64,000 nt of DNA from positions 24,300,989 to 24,364,988 of the forward strand of contig NC_081364.1 of assembly GCF_030684315.1 (NCBI RefSeq), in the 5' to 3' direction. Below, one piece after another: positions 1-13,850 of the stretch (positions are counted from its first letter, which is position 1; each line of letters starts with the position of its first letter). Origin of the DNA: Stegostoma tigrinum. Lineage: Eukaryota. The position numbers were made by a program, and so were the translations under genes. Under the pieces are notes generated by a model that saw nothing but the letters and a program-made list of their open reading frames with translations, did no database searches and had not been told where the DNA came from.

Positions 1-516
1 TGCACCTATTGGGGAACGTGTTAATTCTGGACTGTTGCTTACCCCAGTTCCTGCTATCAGATGGTGTAGCACAGTGGGCCGTGAGGAAAACCTTCGGTTA
101 TCCAAAGTCAGTTTGACTTGGTGCAGAGGGAAGAGCAAAAAAGCATTAACGGGCAATGAGTCACACGTCAATATCAAATGTGAAAAATTGAATTTAAAGA
201 AACCGGTTGCAGCAAAAAAGTAAAGTTGGTGCCTTCGTCAGCTCACCAACTCCTCATTTCTGCCTGCATTCGTCAGGCGAGACTGTAGATTAACTTTCCA
301 GTGTGGCATTACATCCAATGGAACATGCAGCTTCAGGGTGTTTGCTGCTACAAGAGGGTTCACCGCTGTGCTTAAGTCAAATTGTCTCCATTCTTTCGGT
401 CCAACAATAATAGCCTGGTTACACAACAACTGAAGAGAACATGTGGACTTACAAATGTTGAATGACTGTCCTGCACTTAATTGTTGCTGCCTGACCTACT
501 TAAACTTTTCTGATTT

Positions 517-544
517 CTGAAGAAGAGTCCCGACCCGAAATGTC
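517..544 (+). ncRNA. Degenerate PLE hammerhead motif in a short pLTR remnant (~505-590)
   Basis: CTGAAGA-A-GAGTCCCGACCC-GAAA-TGTC followed by pLTR-type sequence. Confidence 0.55.
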
Positions 545-3500
545 AGCTTTCCTGCTCCTCTGGCCTGCCGTGTTCCTCCACCTCGACATATCGCCGCTTA
601 TACGTTTGCAGCCTTTTTCGGTTTTTGCTTCGAAATGTCACGCATCTGCAGTAGTTTATTGACTGAGTAATCTGTTTCCCAAAACTCCGTAATTCTTTGA
701 CTTCTGCACGTGTTAAGGATGTGTTTGTAAAAGAATCACATTATTTGGAGTGTGACTTCTTTGTATACGGAAAAGTGTCGCAATGCCATGTGCCGAGGGA
801 GAAACAATTCATTATTATTTCTTGTGTTAATCATTAGAATATTAAGCGTTCCTGGAATCATAACCCTCGCACATTGCACATGCGGCGTGCTATCATGGCA
901 AACCAAAACTTATTATCCAGGCGTGTCCCTTCCTTTATTAACTCATTTAAACACTAAACAATGAACATTCATTCTCTCAACCGCTGTTTGAATCTTCAAG
1001 CAGCAGATGGCCATCTGTTTTGGGGCTCCTTAATTCCTGAGAGTATAAAATATTTGCTTTTGATGAAACGAAGTGTTACAATGCAGAAGACAATGGGAGA
1101 AGCTGACTGGAAGCCACTTGCAAGTTAATCATTTGCCGATATAGGTCGAGGCGGTTAATGATTACAGAGAGTGTTGAGGAAGGGTAAGCACGGCAGCAGG
1201 GACTGTTCTCAGACTTTAATTTGTCCCTTTGCCGCCGCTGTCTGACTCAAAACGGATTTCCTGGCGCTTCGCCAGCTTTTCAGACAATTAAATAAAGACA
1301 AAGCTCTCAGCTCTTGCGGGAAATAGGAGATGTTTTGATCCTGAATGAGTGGGCAGACCGTCTACAGAGGTAGGGCACGTAGAAAAACGGCAGGTTGCCA
1401 TTCATCTTTGTGTAACCACGTCAGGCAGTTAGCTCACACATTCTGCAAACTTACTTTTCACAAACGTTGTCCTGTGTTTATGGACCATTGCAATCTCCAC
1501 CTACGAAAAGCTGTTATGAGTGACGGGACTGCGAGAAGATACATCCCCCGCCCAGGCGCCTGGTGTTGAGTCAGGATGGATTACTGTTCCACCAGTGCTT
1601 CCGCAGGGTGCAGTGAGTGCTGCCAGGCTTACACTGCCAGGGAGATGAGCACAGGCCCGTTTATGTCCAGCCCTCGGCCGCTATCAACACGTCCACTCTG
1701 CAGCAGCAGGAGGTTGATTTAAAGCGCAGAAACCAGAACCTTTTGAACATTTGGCAAAGCATAACCGATAGGCACTGAAGGACATTTGTGTTTCTTACCA
1801 CGACCCCAGCTGGAATTATATATGGGGGTGCAGTTGATGCAAGATGCAAATTCTCCTTCTGTCACTCCAATGGAATTAGCCCAGCATTCAACCACAAGGC
1901 CCTGGATGGTGATGAATTTGGAACAATTATAAATTCAGGCTTTATTTTTTGATCTGAACGTATCCCTAAGAGATTACAGGATAATTGAGATTTTAAAAAG
2001 CCCCTGTGTCCCTAGTTCTAAGACAACATAGCTGTTTCTGAAGTGCCTTTCTTCTCCAGGTTTTCACCACCCTGCCTGGCAGCCTTCCAAATATAGGAAA
2101 GATAATTATAGAGAAGGGAACAAATAAAGATATTGAATGGGAAGCTGGGACCAGTTCGTCATTTCCAAGTTGACCTAATCCTTCTTAATGGTAGTTTGGC
2201 AGCTGGAACCATGTATACCTGTTGCACCTTAAGATTTCCTCCATTTACGATTAACACATTTTGCCAAAGGCTTTATTTATTTAAAAAAAGTGAAATTAAC
2301 ATTGTGATGGACATATTGATTGAATTATTAATTCCCTTCCTCATTCTTACATTCTTGTTCCATTTTCAATTATAAATAGTTCAATGAAATTATCAAACAA
2401 ATGTCAACACTCTCAATCCATTAATTCATGTCTATAATTACAAGATTTTCAAATATAACTTGAACAGTGCTTAAAGGAATTGTTATAAATTGAACGATTC
2501 CAAAGTTTCATTTTAACATCATGAAGTAACACAAAAATTTACAACAAACATCTGTTTTTGTTTAACGCCTGATTTGCAGGATCTTACATGACATTTAAAA
2601 GAAACATAGGTGTTGTTTGAAAGCTTATCTATTAAATAGCCAAATAATGTGCAATATTTAATTTCAACCAGATATCCAATTTTGTTAAGAAGAAGTACCA
2701 ATAAAACGGTCCCTAGCAATTAACTCAGGTAGTGATATCTGCCCCCTTCTTTATAACTGAATTGCATATTTAACTAAAACTAGCTGTTTTTATTCCAACT
2801 CCATTCAGTTGCATTCATCTGTTACCTATTCTGTGAATCTGTTCAAATATTTGTGACCCCCACCAAAATATGAATTCAAAGAAAAGTATCAGTAGATTGA
2901 TATGAAATGCTGCTGGAATTATTAGCAATGAGATGCTTTAAATTTACCATTAATGCAAAAATTGATTGCATCTCATTAATTTTTATAGACCTTATAAAAA
3001 CCTGTTATTGGTGTATTCTTTTAATTTTTTTATAGCCACGCAAGACACAGACATAACTCAGGATTTAATACTTGTAATGCCGAACTTGGAAGTGATTCAT
3101 TTGTAAGCCACTGGACTGATGACAGAGCATATTTACTAACATAAAGATGGCAATGATTCCATCTGATTCTTATTTAGTCACAGATTATAAAGCTGTAGAT
3201 TACTGGATTATTCAAATCCTGTAGTTTTCTAATGCTGAAGCAAGTCAGTTTTCAAGTTAAATTGAACTAATTCTTAAATTCCTAATAAATACTTATAGTT
3301 TGCAAGAGTTGTTATACCTGGATTTTTTTTCAAACAAGCTTAGAACATAAACAATTTGCAAATGTAGTATATCATATTGCATTAAATCAATCATTCACCT
3401 TTCCTAATCTCAATTAAAGAAAAGAAATAAACACATTTATAGAAAGGCAATTTAACATTTAACTAATACTATTGATTGATTTGTCTCATGCACTGTATTA

Positions 3501-3982
3501 TACTCAGGATAATTGGAAATATAGAATGGTAGGATGGGATTGTGTAAAGGTTACAGCACAGAAGCTGGATGTCACTTAATGTCACTGGATTGGCAATCTA
3601 GAATCTCAGACCAATGTTCTTGCACACTCTCATGCCATGAACAAATTTTAGAAACAAATCTCTGTGATCATACAATTTTTGTTCCTTTCAGGTTGTGTAC
3701 CTTGGATGATGTTCTTAGATTTGTATGTTCATTGGAGCTTTTGTGTAAGGATTGTAACCTACAATAAATCAAATCCACTTTTTAAAGTTTTCATTGACCA
3801 CAAAATTATAATGTTTCACCTGCAAGGTATTGGGTCAATTATAGAACAACATCTTAATTTACACAGCAGTGGGTACAAATCACTTTACTTACAGAAAATA
3901 CTGATAGAAAATTTTTGAATTAGGTTGTTCACTAGAACTTGCTTTCAACCTGATTGTGTATATGCTTATTTATCTGGACCTT

Positions 3983-4642
3983 TGTTATAGACCTGACCAA
4001 AACTCCTCAAAATATATCTATAGAACAACATAGACCCCAACTTTTTCTTAATTTTAAAGGCAAGTGTAAGGTGTTGCATTCCAGATGCAATTTGATTGGT
4101 CAAACTACCAGGGTGGAAGCAAAGCACGCTTTATTCTTAAACCATAGTTAAAATACAAACAAAAGAAATAAGAATTGGAGTAACAACTCTATTGGAAAAC
4201 TTAAACAGAATAATACATTATTTAACAACTAAACAGCAACTGTTCCAATATAGTAACAGCCTATAAACACACTCTTGGCAAAGTCAAATTTAATAAAATA
4301 GATTGTCTCACATGAAATTCTCCAGTTTAGGAGGAAGGAACATCAAGAGAAAACTGTGTGAGAGAGACAAAACTCAAGCGTTTTGCTGTAGCAGGGAGAG
4401 ATGTATAGCAGCTTCCAAATGCCAACAACTGTTGAAAGCTAAAACTAAAATCCTAGATCTGTGGGAGCTTGACCCCACCCATTCATGCTTCTTCTTTTGT
4501 TCTAACTTTAAAAATAAACTCCAAGGCCTCACCAAGCTGTTTACTTTATTCACTTGAAACAAAGCACTTGGTACCTCTGTCTCAACCACTCTTCATAACA
4601 AAAAAGACAAAATAAACTTCTTAAAGCCACAGTATCATCACA
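3983..4642 (-). mobile_element. Possible solo LTR
   Basis: TGTTA...TCACA termini, ~660 bp, AATAAA on the minus strand. No TSD found. Confidence 0.35.
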
Positions 4643-7600
4643 GGTGTCTCAGAGATATTTTGTAGATGAGTGACATAACTGCTTAGATTTTTCTTCACTT
4701 GATAGTGTTGTTTTAATGAACCTTGACAGGGCAGTTAATTCCACTAAGCTCATCTAGCCATTTGCCTGCGTGCATGTTTCTGTTTATAGGACTGATAATA
4801 GTTCAAAGGATAGAACTTTTCTTTTAAAAGGATGGATTTAATATGATGGAACCTCAGACAATCACAACAAATAAATTTGTTATTAAAACAGTTATAGTAG
4901 AAATGTTGCTTTGTCTTGGCTGGTATCCAGATTCCAATCACTGCTGCTCTAATGTAAATCACCTCTCTAACTTCAAATAATGTTGATCTTGCTGTTTGAA
5001 TCTCCTCTGCAGTCATGGTCTTATATGCCTCATTCTGTCTAAGCACCCAGTGATCTGTCCATCCTTGTTTGCTATGGTCTGCCTATTCTGGTCACAAAAC
5101 AAAGCTTTTCACTGTACTTAGGTTCATGTGAGTATAATAAGTCAAATCCAATTAAATGTGAAACCTTTTCTCTCCTATTTTTATGCATTCCCTTCTTTGG
5201 AACTTGTCAGATTGTCATTTTCTATGGTTAAAGTAGTAAGTGTAAGTGATTCATCTACTGTTACTCATTAGTGAGAAGTTGTGCAACAGTATCTCCTTGA
5301 GACATCTGCCTCTGCTTCCAACAGCAAAAGAAACAGCAACAGCAAATAGAAAATCGAGTGAGAGGAATGTAATGTGTTCCTCCATCTTGTGAGATTTATT
5401 GTTTCTAATGTCACTCATCCCATCACCATCCCATTTTTATTGCACTAATTTGAAGTGGGACACAAACACATGCGGCTATAATTTTCTGTCTATCTGTTTA
5501 TATCTAGCCTGTGTTCATTGTTTTTTGCCACCACAGACAACCTGGAAACAGGGTGGACAGATTTGGATCTAAAAAACTTAATTTTAAAAGAGAGCCTTGT
5601 ACATCCATAAAAAAGGTACAAGCAAGGAACTCAAAATCTGTGGAAATTCCTAAATACAAAAGAAAGCAACAAAACTCTGCAATATTTTAGTTATGTGTCT
5701 TGCTATGTATGAGAAATTAGTATGTTTAAATTTTACTCTGGATATCTGACTCAGAACTCCAAATGTTACTCCTGTTATTTAATCTTAAGTTGTGACTTGG
5801 AATTCCTAACAATGTGACTTGATCATATGTGTGCCCTGAGCTGTAGCAGTGCTGAGATGAAACAAAATGCCTGGTGCAGTCTGAATCTTGATAAGCAAAA
5901 GTACATAGATCTGAATTGTTCCACTTTGGTTCTCTTTGAATTTCAAAGTAACGTAGAAGTTTATGCCAACAAAAGTAAATTATTAATGTTTATTAGGAAA
6001 TCAGTTGTTTCATAAAATGTACAAAGACAGAAATCAAAAGGATTAAAACTTTCAGGAATGTAAACGCCGTCTGTTTCGAGAGGGAAACTGAATTTTTATC
6101 TTTTCTTTCCTGATGAATCTATTTATATTTGGTTTCATCCAATGCTATTAAAAATATAACAGACCTTCTCAGAGTGGTGCTGGGGCTGGGGGGGTGGAGG
6201 GGGCAGGAGGAGAATCAGAAAAATGTTGCACCCGTGCATTCACAAAAATCTTTACGTGCTCTTCATCAATAACAGTAAGCACACAGAGAATCAAATCAAA
6301 TGGCGTAATCCTTGTTGTTATATCCTCAGACTTCTTTTTACTTGCCATTGCTGAGAACATCCGCACCCATATAATTATTGGATATGTCTGAGGATTTTCT
6401 TAAACCACTTGGTGTTGAATTTCAGGGCTGTGCATAGGACAGGGTGGAAGATCCAAAACTTGTCAAACAAGGCTAATCTGGCAGAACGCGTACATGCTCT
6501 GTCAAGACCAATCCCAAATGTTGCTTTTGAAACTTTCGAAAATATTTTGTATGACTTCCACCTTCTGTTTGTTCCACACAGTTTAATATTAAGCATGTTA
6601 AATTGATGCCAATTTGAACTGTTTTAGGAAAAGATTAACTAATTGAGTTACTGCAAGACAATGTAAAGTCAACTGTAATCGATATCCATTTACCACAGGA
6701 AAACCTATCTTAAAGAAAGACACAGTGGTACCATATAAATATTACATAACATTCCCCGTATTTGTGGACACACTGTTGAAAGTATTAGAGGCATTTAGTG
6801 GCAGTAAAAGAGCACTGTACAAACCTTTTAATCAAACTACTACTGCATTTATGGTTGAGATTTAGTGCCTTCTTATGATATTTCAGAGTTTGTTATTTCA
6901 ATTTAGATATTAATCAGTATTTTTTTAGCAAGTGACATATCTTCTTAAATATTGAGCAATGGTAAACTATAGGTATATTCGCTAAAAACAGCTAAATTCC
7001 ACACTTCTGCAATACTGCTCTAAAAGTCACAAAGACCATTCTGTATTCAAAGAATTAAGCTTTTAAACATAGCTGTTTAGATATAATCAAGACAAGTTCT
7101 TACTGTTGTTTAGGTAGAAAATAACACAATGGTTTAGCCTAAACAATGCTACATAAAAACAGCATAAGTTCAGATAAGTTTTCATTCTCTACCTCAACCT
7201 CCATCTCAGTCAATCTCTATCTGAATAAAATTGTACAGCATTGTGCTGACAACCTAATAAAGCTATTTACCTAGGCACCAGTAATATAGGTTAAAAAATG
7301 GGATGAGGTCCTACAAGCAGAATTTAGGGAGTTAGGAGCCAGGTTAAAAAGTAGGACCTCAGAGGAAATAATCTCAGGATACTGAAATACCATCTCAGGA
7401 TACCAGTGCCACGTGCTAGTCAGTGCAGAAGTGAAAGAATAGGCAGGATAAATGAGTGGCTTGAGAGATGGTGCAGGAGGGAGGGGTTCAGATTTTTGGG
7501 ACATTGGGACTGGTTCTGGGGGAGGTGGACTATTACAAATCGCACAGTCTACACCCGGGCAGGACTGGAACCAATGTCCTAGGGGCTGTTTTTGCTAACA

Positions 7601-9831
7601 CTTTTGGGGTTGGTTTAAACTCATGTGGCAGGGGGATGGGAACCAAACAGGAGGTTAGTGGACAGTAAGGAGGTAGTAAATAAAGCCTGTAAGGAACTAG
7701 ATAATGAAGTCAGTGTGACTAAGGGGAAGAGTAGGCAGAGAGCAGACGATGAACGCAGAGGGACAGGTGATCTGATGTGCATTTGTTTTGATGGGAGAAG
7801 TATAGTAGGTAAGGCAGATTAATTTAGGTCTTGGATTACTGCCTGGGAGTTGATGTTATTGCTATTACTAAGACTTGGTTGAGGGAAGGGCAAGATTGGC
7901 AACTAAATATCCCAGGATATAGAAGCTTCAGGCAGCATAAAGAGGGAGGTAAAAGGGGTGGAGGAGTTGCATTACTGGTCAAGGAGGATATCACAGCTGT
8001 GCTGAAGGAGGGCACTATGGAGAACTCAAGCAGTGAGGCAATGTGGACAGAGCTCAGAAATAGGAAGGGAGTGGTAACAATGTTGGGCTGTACGACAGAC
8101 CTCCCGACAAACGTAGACAGATTATGGAAAGATGTAGGAGCAACAGGGTGGTGGGGATGGGGGATTTTAATTATCCCAACATTGGGATTCACTTAGTGTT
8201 AGGGGTTTAGATGAAGCAGAATTTGTAAGGAGCATCCAGGAGGGTTTTCTAGAGCAGTATGTAAATAGTCCAACTCGGGAAGGGGCCATACTGGACCTGA
8301 TGTTGGGGAATGACCCCAGCCAGATGGTTGAAGTTTCAGTAGGGGATTACTTCGGGAATAGTGATCACATTTCTGTAAGTTTTAGAATACTGATGGACAA
8401 AGACGAGACTGGTCCTAAAGGAAGAGTGCTGAATTGGGGGAAGGCCAACTATAACAAAATTCGCCAGGAGCTGGGAGCAGCTGTTTGAGGGTAAATCCAC
8501 ATTTGATATGTAGTAGGCTTTTAAAGAGAGATTGATTAGAATGCAGGGCAGACACATCCCTGTGAAAATGAGGGATAGAAAGGGCAAGATTAGGGAACCG
8601 TGGATGACAAGTGAAATTGTGAGACTAGCAAAAAGGGAAAAGGAAGCATATATATGGTCTAGGTGACTGAAAACAGATGAAACTTTGGAAGAATATCAGG
8701 AAAGTAGGAGCAATCTGAAATGAAGAATTAAGAGGGCTAAAAGGGGTCATGAAATATCTTTAGCAAAGGGTTATCTTTAGGGTTAAGGAAAATCCCAAAG
8801 CCTTTTATTCATACATAAGGAGCAAGAGGATAACTAGAGAAAGAGTTGGCCCACTCAAGGACAAAGGAGGGAAGTTATACAAAGAGTCAGAGAAAATGAG
8901 TGAGATTCTTAATGAGTACTTTGCGTCGGTATTCACTGAGGAGAGGGACATGATGGATGTTGAGGTTAGGGATAGATATTTGATTACTCGAGGGCAAGGC
9001 AGCATAAGGAAGAGGGAAATGTTGGATATTCTAAAAGGCATTAGGGTGGACAAGTCCCCAGGTCCGGATGGGATCTATCCCAGGTTACTGAGGGAAGCAG
9101 GAGAGGAAATAGCTGGGACCTTAACAGATATCTTTGCAGCATCCTTAAGCATGGGTGAGGTCCCGGAGGACTGGAGAATTGCTAATGTTGTTCTCTTGTT
9201 TAAGAAGGGTAGAAAGAATAGTCTAGGTAATTATAGACCGGTGAGCCTGACGTCAGTGGTGGGGAAGCTGCTGGAGAAGATACTGAGGGATAGATTTATT
9301 TATATTTGGAAGAAAATGGGCTTATTAGTGATAGGCAGCATGGTTTTGTGCAGGGAAGGTCATGTCTTACCAACTTGATAGAATTCTTTGAGGAAGTGAC
9401 AAAGTTGATAGATGAGGGAGGGGCTGTAGATGTCATATTCATGGGCTTCAGTAAGGTGTTTGATAAGGTTCCCCATGGTAGGCTGAGAAAGTGAAGTCGC
9501 ATGGGGTCCAGGGTGTGCTAGCTAGATGGATAGAGAATTGGCTGGGCAACAGGAGGCAGAGGGTTGTAGTGGAAGGGAGTTTCTCAAATGGAGAACTGTG
9601 GCCAGTGGTGTTCCACAGGGATCTGTGTTGGGACCACTGTTGTTTGTGATGTACTTAAATGATCTGGAGGAAGGTATAGATGGTCTGATTAGCAAGTTTG
9701 CAGATGACACTAAGATTGGTGGAGTAGCAGATAGTGAAGGGGACTGTCAGAGAATGCTGCAGAATATAGATAGATTGGAGAGTTGGATGAAAAATGGCAG
9801 ATGGAGTTCAATCCAGGCAAATGCAAGATAA

Positions 9832-10522
9832 GAGATAATGGGAACTGCAGATGCTAGAGAATCCAAGATAACGAAGTGTGAAGCTGGATGAACACAGCAG
9901 GCCAAGCAGCATCTCAGGAACACAAAAGCTGACACTTCAGGCCTAGATCCTTCATCAGAGCGTGTTCATCCAGCTTCAGACTTTGTTATCTTGGATTCTC
10001 CAGCATCTGCAGTTCCCATTATCTCTGATCACAATTTTAACCTCACTGCGAAGCCTCTTCCAGGGATGCCTAACCTGAAGAAGTTACCCTCCTCCCTCCG
10101 GACCAACCTCAGGGAATCTCTCTCCCACTGCAACTGTCTTGTAATCTCTTCGGCATTGAAACCTCTCGACCATGTCCTGAAGCAAACCAGGTACCACAGC
10201 CACGTCACCTTCCTCAGCACCTGCCTCTGGAACCGGATCATCCCCAATGGACTACAGTCTACATTCAAGCCTTCCCAATTTGGCCCCAACCGTGACCACC
10301 TGTACATCCAGAACATTGAGACCCTTCAGCAACGTTTCTCCTTGCGAATCCTGAAACAGACACTTGCAGCCATGTGCTGGCATCTCCAGGCACTGCAATC
10401 CAGTTTTTAAAAAATTTTCTTTTCCTCTCTGATGAAGGGTCTAGGCCCGAAACATCAGCTTTTGTGCTCCTGAGATGCTGCTTGACCTGCTGTGTTTATC
10501 CAGCTTCACACTTTGTTATCTT
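9832..10522. mobile_element. Penelope-like insertion nested in CR1: minus pLTR arm, plus pLTR-to-ORF N-terminus junction, plus pLTR arm
   Basis: pLTR and hammerhead sequence on both strands; ATG at 10066 opens MPNLKK...HVTFLSTCLWNRIIPNGL; degenerate TSD 9819-9831 / 10523-10535. Confidence 0.88.
10429..10456 (+). ncRNA. Minimal hammerhead ribozyme motif (PLE type)
   Basis: CTGATGA-A-GGGTCTAGGCCC-GAAA-CATC. Confidence 0.7.
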
Positions 10523-11224
10523 AAATGTGAGACAATGCCTTTTGAAAGATCCAATTCAAGAGCAAACTATACAGTAAATGGAAAAGTCCTGGGGAAAATT
10601 GATGCACAGAGAGATCTGGGTGTTCAGGTCCATTGTATCCTGAAGGTGGCAACGAAGGTGGATAGAGTGGTCAAGAAGCCATACAGCATGCTTTCATTCA
10701 TTGGACGGGGTATTGAGTACAAGAGTTGGCAGGTCATGTTACAGTTGCATAGGACTTCGGTTTGACCACATTTGGAATACTGCTTACAGTTCTGGTTGCC
10801 ACATTACCAAAAGGATGTGGATGTTTTGGACAGGATGCAGAGGAGGTTCACCAGGATGTCGCCTGGTATGGAGGGCGCTAGCTGTGAAGAGACATTTGAG
10901 TAGATTAGGGTTATTTACATTAGAAAGACGGAGGTTGAGGGGGGACCTAGAAAATCATGAGAGGTATAGACAGGGTGGATAGCAAGAAGCTTTTTCCCAG
11001 ATTGAGGGACTCAATTACTAGGGGTCGCGATTTCAAGGTGAGAGGGGAAAAGTTTAAGGGAGATATGGGTGGAAAGTTCTTTACATAGAGGGTAGTGGGT
11101 GCCTGGAACGCGTTGCCAGCAGAGATGGTAGAGGCGGGCACAATAGCATCATTTAAGATGTATCGAGACAGATACATGATTGGGTAGGGAGCAGAGGGAT
11201 ACAGATCCTTGGAAAATAGGTAAT

Positions 11225-11824
11225 GAAATGTGAGGCTGGTTGAACACAGCAGGCCCAGCAGCATCTCAGGAGCACAAAAGCTGACGTTTCGGGCCTAGAC
11301 CCTTCATCAGAGAGGGGGATGGGGAGAGGGAACTGGAATATATAGGGAGAGAGGGGGAGGCGGACCGAAGATGGAGAGAAAAGAAGATAGGTAGAGAGGA
11401 GAGTATAGGTGGGGAGGTAGGGAGGGGATAGGTCAGTCCAGAGAAGACGGACAGGTCAAGGACGTGGGATGAGGTTAGTAGGTAGGAGATGGAGGTGCGG
11501 CTTGGGGTGGGAAAAAGGGATGGGTGAGAGGAAGAACAGGCTAGGGAAGCAGAGACAGGTTGGACTGGTTTTGGGATGCAGTGGGGGGAGGGGATGAGCT
11601 GGGCTGGTTTGGTGATGCAGTGGGCGGAGGGGACGAGCTAGGCTGGTTTTAGGATGCGGTGGGGGAAGGGGAGATTTTGAAGCTGGTGAAGTCCACATTG
11701 ATACCATTGGGCTACAGGGTTCCCAAGCGGAATATGAGTTGCTGTTCCTGCAACCTTTGGGTGGCAATATTGTGGCACTGCAGGAGGTCCATGATGGACA
11801 TGTCATCTAAAGAATGGGAGGGGG
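11225..11824 (-). mobile_element. PLE 3' fragment (GIY-YIG C-terminus, 39-nt repeats, pLTR) inserted in the CR1 3' UTR
   Basis: Reverse complement of ~44815-45400; CR1 UTR resumes at ~11825. Confidence 0.9.
11283..11310 (-). ncRNA. Minimal hammerhead ribozyme motif
   Basis: Reverse complement reads CTGATGAAGGGTCTAGGCCCGAAACGTC. Confidence 0.78.
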
Positions 11825-12444
11825 ACAGGTTTCGATAGAGGATCTGGATTAGCACAGGTTTGGAGAGCCAAAGGGCCTGTTCCTGTGCTGTAACTTTCTT
11901 TGTCCTTTGTTCTATCTAACTCTTCTTCTCTCCCCCATAACACAATAAGTTGTTCCATTAAGAATGTTTCCAATTCCCTTTTAAAAGTTATAATTGGATT
12001 CGATTCTAGAGGCCATATCATAAATCCAAAATCATAACTTTCCAAATAAAGGAAAATTCTTATTTTCCCTTTGGTTCCCTTAGCAATGGACTTGGATAAG
12101 TTTTCAATTTCTATGTCAGGAAACAGCACTAAATATCATGTAACAAATTCACCAGTTGCATGTAACTGGTAAATGTCAATGAAATGTGAATGATATACAG
12201 ATTAGCTCAGTAGTTCATTTTCGCAATGTCTTTCACAATAAAACAAATGTACATAAACTTTAGTTGTCGTTGTGATTGTGAGATTTCACAGAAGTATTGT
12301 TTCCATTTATCAAATTGGAAGATACAATAAATCTGGTCCCGTTGACATGAAAGATTTCAAAGTAACTGCCATTTCAATATCAGATGGTAAACTACAGGCC
12401 TCAGTATGGATTGGCATCAGTTTACTTTGTTTTGATTGGCCAAC

Positions 12445-13520
12445 ACATAGGAAAATAGGAACAGGAGTAGGCCATTCAATCCCTCAAGACAGTTCTGCCA
12501 TTCAGTGAGATCATGGTTGATCTGCAGTCTAATTCTTTTATCTGCCTTTTGGACCTGAATACCCTTGCTTAACAACAAATAAGTCAACCTAATTTTTCAA
12601 CTTAGCAACTGATCTAGCATCACCTGCCATTTGTGGAAGAGTTCCAAAACTCCACCTTTCTTTATATGGAGGAGTGCTTCCTAACATCTCTCCTGAATGG
12701 TTTAGCCCTAATGTTTAGACCATGCCCACTAATTCTAGAATCTCTGAGCTGTGGAAATAGTTTATCTTTATCTTCTCTGCTTTATTCTGTTATTACCTTG
12801 AAGACTTTGATTACTGCTTAACCTTCTAAATCCTAGAGAAAACAGGCCAGTTTTCTATAATCTCTCTCCATAACTTAAACCCTGAAGTCTAGGTATCATT
12901 CTTATAAACCTACATTGTACTCCCTCCAAGGCCAATGTATCCATCCTAAAGTGTAGTGCCCAGATCTGCTTACAGTACACCAAGTGGGGTCTAACTTTTA
13001 TATAGTTACAGCATAACCTCTGCATCCTTATATTCCAGTCCTCTAGATATAAAGGCCAGCATTCCATTAGCCATCTTGCTTATTTTCTGCACGTGCTCAT
13101 GGCATTTTAAAATCTATGCACCGGGACCCCCAAGTCTCTTTGGATATCCACTGTAATTAATTTCATAACATTAAGAAATTACCATGATTGATTCTTTTTC
13201 ACCTAGTCTCTCAATATCGCTTTGTAATTTTATGGTATAATCCATACAGTTTGCAGTGCTTCCTAACTTTGTGTCATCAGCAAGTTTGAATATATGGTTT
13301 TCTATGCCATTACCCAAATTGTTGATAAATAATGGGAATAACTGGGGCCCGAATGCAGATCCTTGTGTGATACCACTGGTCACATCCTACCAATTTGAGT
13401 ATATACTCATCATCGCTACTTTCTCTTGCCTTACACTCAACCAGTTTCTTAGCTTTGTCAGTAATTTGCCTTATCATCCAATGCTAGCTGGATTGTCCCA
13501 CTCACAGTAGGCAGTTTTAC
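12445..13520 (-). mobile_element. CR1-type LINE 3' fragment, decayed
   Basis: ORF pieces SGITQGSAFGPQLF, KLADDTK, VRPHLVYC, GLSYGERL. Confidence 0.85.
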
Positions 13521-13719
13521 CAGCCACTGCCAAGATATCCTTTGATCTTTGGCACCAATGTCACATTTAAAAGACAGGCAAGTGCTTCCAGTCCAGAGCA
13601 GCCTGAATGTTTGGAGATCTTTTCCATGGATGCACAAACAAGGCAAAATTGGCAAATAGAGACTTTAACATCCTGGTGGACTGGGTGGTAGAGAAGAGGG
13701 TAATATTCTCTTTTTTATA

Positions 13720-13850
13720 TTTTTGTTTACTTGTGGGCATCACTGGCTGGCCAGCATTTATTGCCCATCCTTAGTTGCCCTTGAGAAGGTGGTGGTGAGC
13801 TGTTCCTTGAACCACCGCAGTCCACAATGCCCTGAAGGAGGGAATTCCAG
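13720..13850 (-). mobile_element. 3' fragment of an old LINE family
   Basis: ggccagcatttattgcccatcc...ttgagaaggtggtggtgagctg recurs at ~36780 and ~45850. Confidence 0.6.

Larger units (their letters stand above)
7280..11913 (+). mobile_element. CR1 LINE (ORF1 3' part, decayed APE-RT ORF2, 3' UTR), interrupted by two PLE insertions
   Basis: ORF fragments DVIAITKTWL (APE), [37 protein letters not shown]; ctttgttct-type tail. Confidence 0.93.

Noticed and set aside
6169-6366. Pro-rich 65-aa ORF as a host exon
   Set aside because: No recognisable homology or convincing splice context; the Pro run comes from a G-rich tract.
7365-7403. Short duplication of atctcaggatac
   Set aside because: Ordinary small tandem duplication in a decayed CR1.
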